Shown here: piece after piece, positions 1 to 7,928 of the stretch
How the letters are laid out: each line of letters opens with the position of its first letter
Numbering within the stretch: the first letter of the stretch is position 1
Source: Candidatus Riflebacteria bacterium HGW-Riflebacteria-2
GTDB lineage: Bacteria; Muiribacteriota; Ozemobacteria; Ozemobacterales; Ozemobacteraceae
Assembly: GCA_002839435.1 (NCBI GenBank)
Contig: PGYA01000012.1
Location: 1,914-65,913, forward strand
Reading direction: 5' to 3'
DNA: 64,000 nucleotides
The notes under the pieces: model-generated
Database searches by the model: none
Told to the model about the DNA's origin: nothing
Seen by the model: only the letters and a program-made list of their open reading frames with translations
Made by a program: the position numbers and the translations under genes

Positions 1-45
1 TGTCATCCTGCGACTTCGCCTGGCGTGTTCGCACGGATGACGGCT
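1..45. repeat. Truncated fragment of a dispersed intergenic element. The window begins inside it
   Basis: Inverted arms GTCATCC (3-9) and GGATGAC (34-40). The 15-nt core CTGCGACTTCGCCTG (8-22) is identical to 63253-63267, which lies beside copy 3 of the palindromic element. Confidence 0.3.
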
Positions 46-131
46 GATTGCGACCGAAAATTGCCGATGCATTCAAAGATTGTTCAGGTCCTTGCCGAAG
101 GCTGCCGATGTATTTTCAGAAGGGGAAAAAA

Positions 132-1160
132 ATGACTGCAAAATCCTTGTTCACCTGTGGTTTGTCGGAACTTAAAAAAGTGCTGGCTGAGGCTGGAATG
201 CCTGCATTCCGAGCCAGTCAGATACATGAATGGATCTTCAAGAAGTTTGTTTTCTCGTTCGACGAGATGACGAACATTTCAGTTGCCGACCGTGCACGGC
301 TCAAGGAAGCTTTTCCCAAAATCCTGCCGCCCGTTCAGCGTTTTCTCAAAGACAGCGACGGCACCTGCAAGGTTGTGTTGAAACTGGCTGATGAGGCTCT
401 GATAGAGGCTGTGGCGATACCTGACGAAGACTCGATGACCTTCTGCCTGTCAACCCAGGTCGGTTGTGCAGTTGGTTGCCTGTTCTGCCGCACCGGTGAA
501 TCAGGGTTTACCCGCAATCTGACATCGGAAGAGATTCTTCTACAGGTAATGGTTCTGGTTAAGCGCACCGGTGTCAAACCGACTAATATAGTATTTATGG
601 GAATGGGCGAGCCGTTTTACAATCGGAGGGCCCTGTTTGAGGCGATCGATATGCTTACCGATCCGCAAGGACTGGCGATGGCGACCCGTCGCATTACCAT
701 TTCGACTGCAGGTGTGATCGAGGGCATAATGGAGCTGATCGAGCGGCCTGGAGAAGTTAATCTCGCAGTTTCACTGCATGTGGCCGACGACAATGGTCGC
801 AACGCGCTGGTTCCCATCAACAAACGCTACCCGCTCGCACGGCTGAAAGAAGCTATCAGCACCTACTGCACCAGCACCAGTCGTCGCGTCACGCTTGAAA
901 TGGTTCTTCTGCACAATATCAATGACCAGTATAACGATGCCCTCAATCTGGTCACTTTCTGTGAGGGTTTGCTTGTGCATATTAACATAGTTCGTTTCAA
1001 TCATTTCCCCGGGGCAAAATATCAGCCGGCTTCGGCGCAGAACGAAAAAGAGTTCCGCCGTATCCTCAAAAAAGCCGGTATCGCGGTAACTGTACGAAAA
1101 TCACGCGGGCAGGAAATATTAGCAGCCTGCGGACAGCTGGCAGGAAAAGAAAATGGCTAA
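132..1160 (+). CDS. rlmN: 23S rRNA (A2503-C2) methyltransferase RlmN, a radical SAM enzyme
   Basis: N-terminal IHEWIFKK motif and radical-SAM cluster CAVGCLFC. I set the start at the ATG at 132, preceded by a GGGGA RBS. The tracker start at 48 is an upstream extension. Confidence 0.9.
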   Translation: MTAKSLFTCGLSELKKVLAEAGMPAFRASQIHEWIFKKFVFSFDEMTNISVADRARLKEAFPKILPPVQRFLKDSDGTCKVVLKLADEALIEAVAIPDEDSMTFCLSTQVGCAVGCLFCRTGESGFTRNLTSEEILLQVMVLVKRTGVKPTNIVFMGMGEPFYNRRALFEAIDMLTDPQGLAMATRRITISTAGVIEGIMELIERPGEVNLAVSLHVADDNGRNALVPINKRYPLARLKEAISTYCTSTSRRVTLEMVLLHNINDQYNDALNLVTFCEGLLVHINIVRFNHFPGAKYQPASAQNEKEFRRILKKAGIAVTVRKSRGQEILAACGQLAGKENG

Positions 1161-2310
1161 GAAAAGCGGCGAATCTTGTATTTCTATTCTGTTGAAGATG
1201 ACGATACTTGTTCTCATTCTGGTAATAGTTGTGGTTGCCGGCGTCTTCTTTGCATACCAGAAGCTCAACGATTTTTTTAACCGCGGCGGAACCGTTATTG
1301 TTCCTGACTTCCGTGGTCGTCACGTCGCTGAGATATACAAGAGCCAGCCGGAAGGTATTGAAATAGTGCGGCGTGACGAAAAATACGACGATCGCCATCC
1401 AAAAGATCATGTAATCGCACAGTTTCCTGAGCCCGGCACAGTAGTGAAGCCCGGCAAGAAAGTGCTGCTGTCGATTTCGCTGGGCCTGCAGAAAGTCAAT
1501 GTTCCTGATCTAGTCGGCGCCAACATGCGTGAAGTCGATATGGCATTGATGAATTCGCAGCTGTCAATTGGCGATCGGGCCTATGTCTTTTCTGAAAAGA
1601 TTGCGCCAGATCGTATTGTTGGCCAGTCACCGCTTCCCTCAGAAGAATACGGAGTTAACAAGGAAGTAGATCTGTTGATCAGCCTTGGTCGGCGTCCAGA
1701 ATCATATCCTTTGCCCAGTCTTGTTGGTATCTCGCTGGATGACGGCAAAAACCGGCTGAAAGCCTGGGGTTTCAACTTCGGTCGCATTTTTTCCAAAAAA
1801 GATGCGACGCGTCCGAAATTTCAGGTCATTTCGACCAGCCCGGCGCCTTACACAACGGTACGCAAGGGTGATGTCATCAGCTTTCTGGTTTCATCCGGCG
1901 ATGATCCGGGCACGGCAACAGCTGAGGATCTCAAGCGCTTCGAAGTTTACGCTGGCGCAGTCGCGCAACCGGTCGTCAGCCGGCCGACGCCAACCCCTTC
2001 CCCTGACACGGCAGCAGAACCGCCAAAGATTCTCATCGCTGGCGATAATGTAACAGTGCCGCAGCCGGTAATCCCGCCGCCGCTTATACAAAGCGCTTCA
2101 GAACGAGAGATGAGCTTTGTCATGCCAGACGGATTCATGCCGAAAGAGGTCAAGTTCATTCATATTACCGATACCGGTCGGCAGCAGATTTATGCTGGAG
2201 CACACAAACCGCTCGAACTTGTTAAGGTTAAGGTGCCTCTCGTGCCGAATAGTAAAGTACAGATATATATTAACGATGTTCCCATCGAAGAACGAAGAAT
2301 CGAGCCATAA
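1153..2310 (+). CDS. Membrane-anchored protein with three PASTA domains and a Pro-rich C-terminal region
   Basis: N-terminal TM helix (ILVLILVIVVVAGVFF). Three roughly 65-aa repeats beginning VPDFRG / VPDLVG / LPSLVG and ending ...ISLG or ...SSG, which match the PASTA fold pattern. Overlaps the rlmN stop by 8 nt; RBS AGGAAAAG. Confidence 0.75.
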   Translation: MAKKSGESCISILLKMTILVLILVIVVVAGVFFAYQKLNDFFNRGGTVIVPDFRGRHVAEIYKSQPEGIEIVRRDEKYDDRHPKDHVIAQFPEPGTVVKPGKKVLLSISLGLQKVNVPDLVGANMREVDMALMNSQLSIGDRAYVFSEKIAPDRIVGQSPLPSEEYGVNKEVDLLISLGRRPESYPLPSLVGISLDDGKNRLKAWGFNFGRIFSKKDATRPKFQVISTSPAPYTTVRKGDVISFLVSSGDDPGTATAEDLKRFEVYAGAVAQPVVSRPTPTPSPDTAAEPPKILIAGDNVTVPQPVIPPPLIQSASEREMSFVMPDGFMPKEVKFIHITDTGRQQIYAGAHKPLELVKVKVPLVPNSKVQIYINDVPIEERRIEP

Positions 2311-2336
2311 AGCTGGCAGTCATTCAGGAGGCAGAA

Positions 2337-3587
2337 ATGATCGGTGAAGTAATTAACGGAAAGTACAGAGTAGAAGCTGCTTTCTCTGAAAGTCACATGT
2401 ATGAGATCTTTAGCGCGAGCGAGCTGGATACCGGCGCGACCGTAGTGATGAAGATACTTAAAGAGGAAATGGCCTGCAATTCTGAGCGCGTCAAGGGATT
2501 CAGCGACGAGATCAGGTCGTTTGCCAGCCTGTCGCACCCGCTTATCGCTGAAGTGCTAGATGTTGACATGTATGGTGACCGGCCTTATGTGGTTTCGCAG
2601 CTGGTTAAGGGCGATGATCTCTACAACATCATCAGAAACGAAGCTCTCGGCTTTGCTGAATGCTGCCGGATTATTCAGGAACTTGCCACAGTTCTGCAGC
2701 ATGCTGCCGACCAGAATATCGAGTGTCGCACCATCAAACTGTCTAACGTGCTGCGTGGCAGCGATGGCAAGATTACTGTGCTTTCATTCACGCATCCCCG
2801 TCTCAAGCTTGCCAGTCTAAGTAAGCGTTCGGCTACTTCGGGAATTCACTCTGACCTGTTTTTTCTCGGCGGCACTTTTTACGAAATGCTGACGGGCGAA
2901 TCGCTGATTCGGCGTCGTGGTGGTGTCAACGAGCTGTGGGATCTGAAACTCGAGCAGCGGCTGCGCATCAGGCATGCCGATCTGGCGCCTGAACAGCTGA
3001 CACGGGTCGTCGATTTTGTGCGCAAAACCCTGACGCGTGACATGAAATCGCGTTTCAACAGCCACGAGGAGTTTCTCAAGGCGTTGGCCGATCTCTCAGG
3101 CATTGTCAGAAGTAACGGCATCCGCAGCAAATCGCGCCAGCTTTCTATGGCTTCGCAGGTTGTCGACGCGCTCAATGGCCGCATGTCAAATGTGAACATG
3201 AATATGCCGACCGCCGAAAGCACAGGATCGCGCAGCATGACCGCTGCCCAGGCTCAGGCGCAGGGATACGATCAGGCTGACAACAACATGGTTGCCGGGT
3301 ATGCCCAGACCGCGATTGAGGGCAATCTGGCGCTGGTCGTCGATAATTCTGGCAGAGACCTGCCGCCTGGCGATGAAGATAATGCCACCTGTGATGCCGC
3401 CGCCGAAACTGGTTCTGCCCGCAAGTCGAAGCGCCCGCATCTGCGTCTGCTCAAGCCGAACCATAACGAAGGCGAAGCTCGCGCCGAAGTCTGGCAGGGA
3501 ACTGAAGACGCCCACTGGTTGCGTAATCCGGTGATTTTCATGGGACTCTGTCTCATCGTCATGGTAATGCTCATACTGTTCTGGTGA
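2337..3587 (+). CDS. Ser/Thr protein kinase-like pseudokinase, with a C-terminal TM anchor
   Basis: Kinase fold markers are retained: VVMK lysine, the alpha-C Glu, a hinge YVVSQLVKGDDLY, and the GTFYEMLTGE (APE-like) region. The glycine loop is degenerate (AFSESH). HRD is replaced by ECR and DFG by LSF. A long low-complexity middle region is followed by a C-terminal TM helix PVIFMGLCLIVMVMLILFW. A GGAGG RBS precedes the ATG. Confidence 0.7.
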   Translation: MIGEVINGKYRVEAAFSESHMYEIFSASELDTGATVVMKILKEEMACNSERVKGFSDEIRSFASLSHPLIAEVLDVDMYGDRPYVVSQLVKGDDLYNIIRNEALGFAECCRIIQELATVLQHAADQNIECRTIKLSNVLRGSDGKITVLSFTHPRLKLASLSKRSATSGIHSDLFFLGGTFYEMLTGESLIRRRGGVNELWDLKLEQRLRIRHADLAPEQLTRVVDFVRKTLTRDMKSRFNSHEEFLKALADLSGIVRSNGIRSKSRQLSMASQVVDALNGRMSNVNMNMPTAESTGSRSMTAAQAQAQGYDQADNNMVAGYAQTAIEGNLALVVDNSGRDLPPGDEDNATCDAAAETGSARKSKRPHLRLLKPNHNEGEARAEVWQGTEDAHWLRNPVIFMGLCLIVMVMLILFW

Positions 3588-3591
3588 CGCG

Positions 3592-4248
3592 ATGACCAGA
3601 AATATACTGCTGGCCCCTTCGATTCTGTCTGCCGATTTCGCGCGCATGGCAGAAGAGCTCAAAGTTGTTGAAGATTCTGGTGCCGACTGGGTGCATGTCG
3701 ATGTCATGGATGGGCATTTCGTACCCAACCTGACTTTTGGACCACCTCTGATCAAGGCATACCGCAAGCATACACGCCTGCCGTTTGATGTGCATCTTAT
3801 GATCGAGTCGCCAGAACGCTGGCTCGAGGCCTGGCGCGATGCCGGGGCGGACCGCATCACTTTTCATATCGAAGCCTGTCGGCATGCGCATCGATATCTC
3901 GCCGCCGTTCGCGAGATGGGTCTTGCTTCCGGCATCACGCTGAATCCACAGACCCCGCTATGCTCGATTGAGCATGTTCTGGAAGAGTGCGACCAGGTGC
4001 TGCTGATGACGGTAAACCCGGGTTTTGGCGGCCAGAAATTTATCGAACCGCTTATTGGCAAGATCAGCCGCTTGCGGGCGATGATCGATGAACGCGGCCT
4101 CAAGACGAAGATTCAGGTTGATGGCGGCGTCAGTTTGCAGAATGCGCAAAGAATTAGTGCGGCAGGTGCCGATATATTAGTTATGGGCTCGGCATTTTTT
4201 GCGGCCGAAGACAAAGCTCGCCTGGCGCGGGAAGTGCACAGCCTATAG
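3592..4248 (+). CDS. rpe: Ribulose-phosphate 3-epimerase
   Basis: Motifs DVMDGHFVPNLTFG and MTVNPGFGGQKF. Length 218 aa is typical. Confidence 0.9.
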   Translation: MTRNILLAPSILSADFARMAEELKVVEDSGADWVHVDVMDGHFVPNLTFGPPLIKAYRKHTRLPFDVHLMIESPERWLEAWRDAGADRITFHIEACRHAHRYLAAVREMGLASGITLNPQTPLCSIEHVLEECDQVLLMTVNPGFGGQKFIEPLIGKISRLRAMIDERGLKTKIQVDGGVSLQNAQRISAAGADILVMGSAFFAAEDKARLAREVHSL

Positions 4249-4288
4249 ATAAAGGGCTCAAGGTCGGTTCGTTGAAGATCGAGAAAAA

Positions 4289-4320
4289 CGATTACGATTA
4301 CGAGCACGAAAAGATAGAGG
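4289..4320 (+). promoter_or_regulatory. Leader motif CGATTACGATTACGAGCACGAAAAGATAGAGG immediately upstream of the TPR gene (one of three copies in the window)
   Basis: Direct hexamer repeat GATTAC x2 followed by GAGCACGAR-AAGAT-GAG. Nearly identical sequence occurs at 27178-27227 (minus sense, upstream of a lipoprotein gene) and at 54258-54282. Confidence 0.4.
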
Positions 4321-4329
4321 CAAGTAAAC

Positions 4330-5673
4330 ATGCTGCAACGCCCTGGAAACATTAACGGGCTGCTTGACCAGCTCGAAGAAAAGAGCCGGCAGAATCCGGC
4401 CGATCTCGATCTGCTGCAGAGACTTTCGCGGCTCTACATGCGTCACGGCAATAACAGCGGCGCCGAAACAGTGATCGAAAAAATTCTCAAAAGCGATCCT
4501 GACAACGCACAGGTGATGGTTGAACTGGCTGACTGCCAGATCCGCCGTGGTGCTTACGATGATGCGACCTACAATATCGAACGCGCCCTCGAACTGAAAC
4601 CCGGCATGACTTCTGCCTTTATTGCAATGTCCCGCCTGTATGAGGCGCAGGGTTGCGTGGAAAAGCAGGTTTCTTTTATGATGCGCGCGGCAAACGCCTC
4701 GCCCGACAAGATTGATATACGTCTTTCGCTGGCTGAAATGCTCAAACGCTATGGCGATGTCGGTGGCGCTATCGCTCAGTATAAGCTGATTCTTGAGCAG
4801 CAGAGCGATCTCGAGGCGGCCCTTTTCTCATTGGGCACCCTGCAACTAAGGCAGAATAGTGTTGTTGAAGCAGTCAGCTGTTTTCGCACAATAATTTCCA
4901 ATAATCCAGGCGCTTTCGATGCGCATTTCAATCTGGGCAGCTGCTATTTCCGGCAGCGCAAATACCAGATGGCGGCTGAGCATTTTCGCAGGTCGCAGCG
5001 CCAGCCGGATCTCGCTCAGCGCTCGATGTATCTGATGGCGCAGTGCTATTTAAAACAGCACGAATACGATCAAGCTATCGTTTCGCTCGAAAAACTGCTC
5101 GAGCTCGATGAAAACAATGTTTCTTATCTAAAAAGCCTGGCGGAAGCTTATGAAGCGGCCGGCGAAATTGATATGGCGAGAGATGTCTATCGCAGGCTGG
5201 TCATGGTTGCGCCGGAAAGGCCTGAATTTATGGTGCGCCTGGCATCGCTCACGATCGAACTCGGCGAGCACGATAAGGCTGAAAAAGCTCTGGATCAGCT
5301 GTTCCGGCTGCATCCCGGACATGTCGAAGGCCACCGCATTCTTGGCGATCTCTATGCCGGACGTGGTGATTTCCGCAGTGCGATCGAGGAATATCGCCGT
5401 ACTCTCATGATAAATGAGAACAACGCAAATGTATTTAACTCTCTGGCCAGAGTGTATAAGGCACTCGGCAACACCGAAGAAGAACAGCAGGCGCTTAAAC
5501 GAGCTGCCGATCTCGGTTGTGAAAACCCTGAAATGCTGCTGCGCCTCGGCCAGCTCGAGCGTAAACTACGAATGCCGAGCAGTCTCGACCGCTTTCGCCG
5601 CATCACCGAGCTGGTGCCTGACTCAAACTGCGCCCGCGAAGCCGAATATTTCATCCGGCACAAGGCCGCATAG
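4330..5673 (+). CDS. Tetratricopeptide-repeat (TPR) protein
   Basis: Multiple 34-aa TPR-like repeats along the protein (A..Y....G.Y..A pattern). No catalytic motif recognised. Confidence 0.8.
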   Translation: MLQRPGNINGLLDQLEEKSRQNPADLDLLQRLSRLYMRHGNNSGAETVIEKILKSDPDNAQVMVELADCQIRRGAYDDATYNIERALELKPGMTSAFIAMSRLYEAQGCVEKQVSFMMRAANASPDKIDIRLSLAEMLKRYGDVGGAIAQYKLILEQQSDLEAALFSLGTLQLRQNSVVEAVSCFRTIISNNPGAFDAHFNLGSCYFRQRKYQMAAEHFRRSQRQPDLAQRSMYLMAQCYLKQHEYDQAIVSLEKLLELDENNVSYLKSLAEAYEAAGEIDMARDVYRRLVMVAPERPEFMVRLASLTIELGEHDKAEKALDQLFRLHPGHVEGHRILGDLYAGRGDFRSAIEEYRRTLMINENNANVFNSLARVYKALGNTEEEQQALKRAADLGCENPEMLLRLGQLERKLRMPSSLDRFRRITELVPDSNCAREAEYFIRHKAA

Positions 5674-5704
5674 TTCTTTTCTCATAAGAGTTTAAGAATT
5701 TAAT

Positions 5705-5780
5705 GTCATTGCGAGGAGGGCATCAGCCCGACGCGGCAATCCTATTAGCAGAAGGATTGCTTCGCTTCGCTCGCAATGAC
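5705..5780. repeat. Dispersed palindromic intergenic element, copy 1 (REP/MITE-like)
   Basis: Outer inverted arms GTCATTGCGAG...CTCGCAATGAC. Inner arms GCAATCCT...AGGATTGC. Homologous copies at 56200-56270 and 63334-63414. Sits between convergent gene 3' ends. Confidence 0.55.
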
Positions 5781-5880
5781 AAATAACACCCAGATTCAAA
5801 TGTGACAGAGGACTGGAGACAAGGCTCGCACAAATCCACAGAGCCACAAAGATTAAGGGCACGGGCTGACATTAAAAGGG

Positions 5881-6609
5881 CTAGAACGGGCTGATGGCGA
5901 CTGCGATGGCGATAATCTGCAGGGCAAAGAAGAGCAGGTGAGCGGCGCGGCTGGTTTTTGCATGGCTGCTGAGAATACCTGCTGCAAACACGGGAATGGC
6001 TGCTGCCAGCGAAAACTTTGGCAGCAGGCTGTAGATAAAGATGAAGCTCAGGCAGCCCCAGGCAAAGTCATTGGCCCGGTCGTTGCGAAAACTGGCAATG
6101 TAGGCGATAATTGCTGCTATAACCGGTATTGCCAGCACTTGTCGATCGACAAACGGGCAGACGCCAAGCGGAAAATTCAGGTAAACGTAAAAAATAACCG
6201 CCCAGGCGAAGGGGTTGGGTGATTGTACTTCGTTACGTACAAACAGTACGCTGGCAACGAACCAGATGGCTGAACGCCCGGCCAGCACGATAAAAGTTAA
6301 GCCCAGCCCGACTTTCATGTAACTGAACCCCAGGATCATGGCCATACAGGCCTCGACAACCGGGTATTGCCAGGCAATCGGGGTCTGGCAGTAGCGACAG
6401 CGGCCGCGCAGCGTCAACCAGCTCAAGACTGGTATAAGGTCGATGGCGTGCAACTGGTGATTGCATTTCGGGCAGGCAGATGGCGGAAATATCACAGATT
6501 TGCCGCTGGCCATTCGCAGTATCACGACATTGCTGAAACTGCCGAGAAGACTGCCGAAGATAAAAAAGAATGGTGTCAGTAGTAGTTTGAGAGCTTCGTT
6601 TTCTGCCAT
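5881..6609 (-). CDS. pilD: Type IV prepilin peptidase (A24 family)
   Basis: N-terminal tetra-Cys motif CPKC...CRYC, and a polytopic membrane protein of about 240 aa. Confidence 0.85.
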   Translation of the reverse strand: MAENEALKLLLTPFFFIFGSLLGSFSNVVILRMASGKSVIFPPSACPKCNHQLHAIDLIPVLSWLTLRGRCRYCQTPIAWQYPVVEACMAMILGFSYMKVGLGLTFIVLAGRSAIWFVASVLFVRNEVQSPNPFAWAVIFYVYLNFPLGVCPFVDRQVLAIPVIAAIIAYIASFRNDRANDFAWGCLSFIFIYSLLPKFSLAAAIPVFAAGILSSHAKTSRAAHLLFFALQIIAIAVAISPF

Positions 6610-6736
6610 GCCTTATGTTTAGACTTATTTCTCTGCAGTTTCAATACCATTGCACAATCTTTTTGCATCGGCTTTGCTTTTTGTCGTAATCATTGTCATG
6701 ACAGAAAGTATAGCCGGTGCTGGTGATTTGCCGGAA

Positions 6737-6770
6737 TAAAAAAAGAGCGGCTTGCGCCGCTCAATTTTTT
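6737..6770. terminator. Bidirectional intrinsic terminator downstream of the pilin gene
   Basis: An A-run, then the stem GAGCGGC-ttgc-GCCGCTC, then a T-run. Confidence 0.5.
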
Positions 6771-6791
6771 AACAATTAGACAGTAGTAAGA

Positions 6792-7145
6792 CTACTCAAG
6801 CGGAATCGGACTCTCAACACTACCGTGAATGCCGCATGAAACCATACCATCTCTGATCAATTCTGCACCAGTGATTACACAACCAGCTTCTGCAGGAACA
6901 ATAGTGCTCTTGAGGTATTTGCCTGCTGACAGTGCGCCTTCGTCGTAGTCATTCATCATGGCGTTGGTGTCCATGTTGTACATTTCGACAGCACCCATGA
7001 CGACTCTCTGGTTGGCGAAGCATGCTTTCTGACGAGCCTGTTGACGTGCTTTGCGGAAGTTAGGAATCGCAATAGCGGCCAGGATACCAATAATGGCGAT
7101 AACGATCATAAGTTCGATCAACGTGAAGCCCTTGCGAGATCTCAT
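6792..7145 (-). CDS. pilA: Type IVa pilin (major pilin-like)
   Basis: Prepilin leader MRSRKG|FTLIELMIVIAIIGILAAIAIP, with Glu at +5 and a C-terminal Cys pair. I set the start at the ATG with an AAAGGAG RBS; the tracker start at 7163 lies upstream of that RBS. Confidence 0.85.
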   Translation of the reverse strand: MRSRKGFTLIELMIVIAIIGILAAIAIPNFRKARQQARQKACFANQRVVMGAVEMYNMDTNAMMNDYDEGALSAGKYLKSTIVPAEAGCVITGAELIRDGMVSCGIHGSVESPIPLE

Positions 7146-7195
7146 AATAAGAACTCCTTTCAATAAAAAATAACTTTAGAACTTCGGTCACCTTA

Positions 7196-7224
7196 AGACT
7201 AACTGAAAATGCTCGATTTGTCAA
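7196..7224 (-). promoter_or_regulatory. Candidate sigma70-type promoter for pilA
   Basis: On the minus strand: a perfect -35 TTGACA, a 17-nt spacer, then a weak -10 TAGTCT about 50 nt upstream of the ATG. Sequence-only guess. Confidence 0.25.
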
Positions 7225-7353
7225 TCCAACTTTGCTATGCACAATTCCTTGCGAATATTTGCAGGATTGTCGGGAGTACGGTTGATCTGTGGCGATCTGG
7301 AGTCCTTGACTCTTTAATCGGCAGATAGTAACCTCTGATTGAGGAATTGTACA

Positions 7354-7923
7354 ATGAAAAACAAATTGAATCTTGGGTGTGGCGAATTCAAAAAAGACGG
7401 TTACGTCAATGTCGATTGCTTTTCAGTTTCAGAGCCAGATGTAACACATGATCTGAATTCATTTCCCTACCCATTCGAAGATAACAGCTTTCTGGTGGTA
7501 GAAGCCGATCATTTGCTGGAACATCTCGATGATCCGTTCATGGTTATGCGCGAGCTCTATAGAATCTCGGCTGATGGTTGTCAGATAAAGCTGCGGATGC
7601 CGCATTTCTCTCGTGGTTTTACCCATTCGCAGCATCGTCGCGGATTTGACGTGTCTTTTCCTCTCTATTTCGATCCGACTTTCCCGGGTGGATATCAGGG
7701 AGTGCCGCTTAAACTTGAAAATATGACCTTGCGCTGGTTTGCCCAGCCCTATCTTAAAAAGCGGGTTTTACCGCCACTTTTTTATTTTGGCGGCCGTACG
7801 CTGGGTCGCGTGATTGATTTTTTTGCTAATCTGTCCCCGTTCGTCTGTTCACGGCTCTGGTGCTTCTGGGTGGGTGGTTTCGAAGAAATCGAGATTGTTT
7901 TTCGCGTAGAAAAAAAATCCTGA
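7354..7923 (+). CDS. Class I SAM-dependent methyltransferase (Methyltransf_11-like)
   Basis: LNLGCG (motif I), DVTHDLNSFPYPFEDNSF and ADHLLEHLDDP motifs. ATG at 7354 with a GAGGAA RBS. Confidence 0.7.
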   Translation: MKNKLNLGCGEFKKDGYVNVDCFSVSEPDVTHDLNSFPYPFEDNSFLVVEADHLLEHLDDPFMVMRELYRISADGCQIKLRMPHFSRGFTHSQHRRGFDVSFPLYFDPTFPGGYQGVPLKLENMTLRWFAQPYLKKRVLPPLFYFGGRTLGRVIDFFANLSPFVCSRLWCFWVGGFEEIEIVFRVEKKS

Positions 7924-7928
7924 TCAAC

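Noticed and set aside
48-131. Tracker N-terminal extensions (rlmN from 48; giant 1 from 37279; PP2C from 57170; secreted protein from 61629; pilA from 7163; STAS from 25276; hypothetical from 54035)
   Set aside because: The extensions start at TTG/GTG read as Met, lack RBS, and add non-homologous residues. Internal ATGs with GGAGG-like RBS and sensible N-termini (signal peptides, conserved motifs) were preferred.
3186-3891. Minus-strand ORFs 3186-3860 and 3571-3891 overlapping the pseudokinase and rpe genes
   Set aside because: Antisense to genes with clear homology. Composition-driven open frames.
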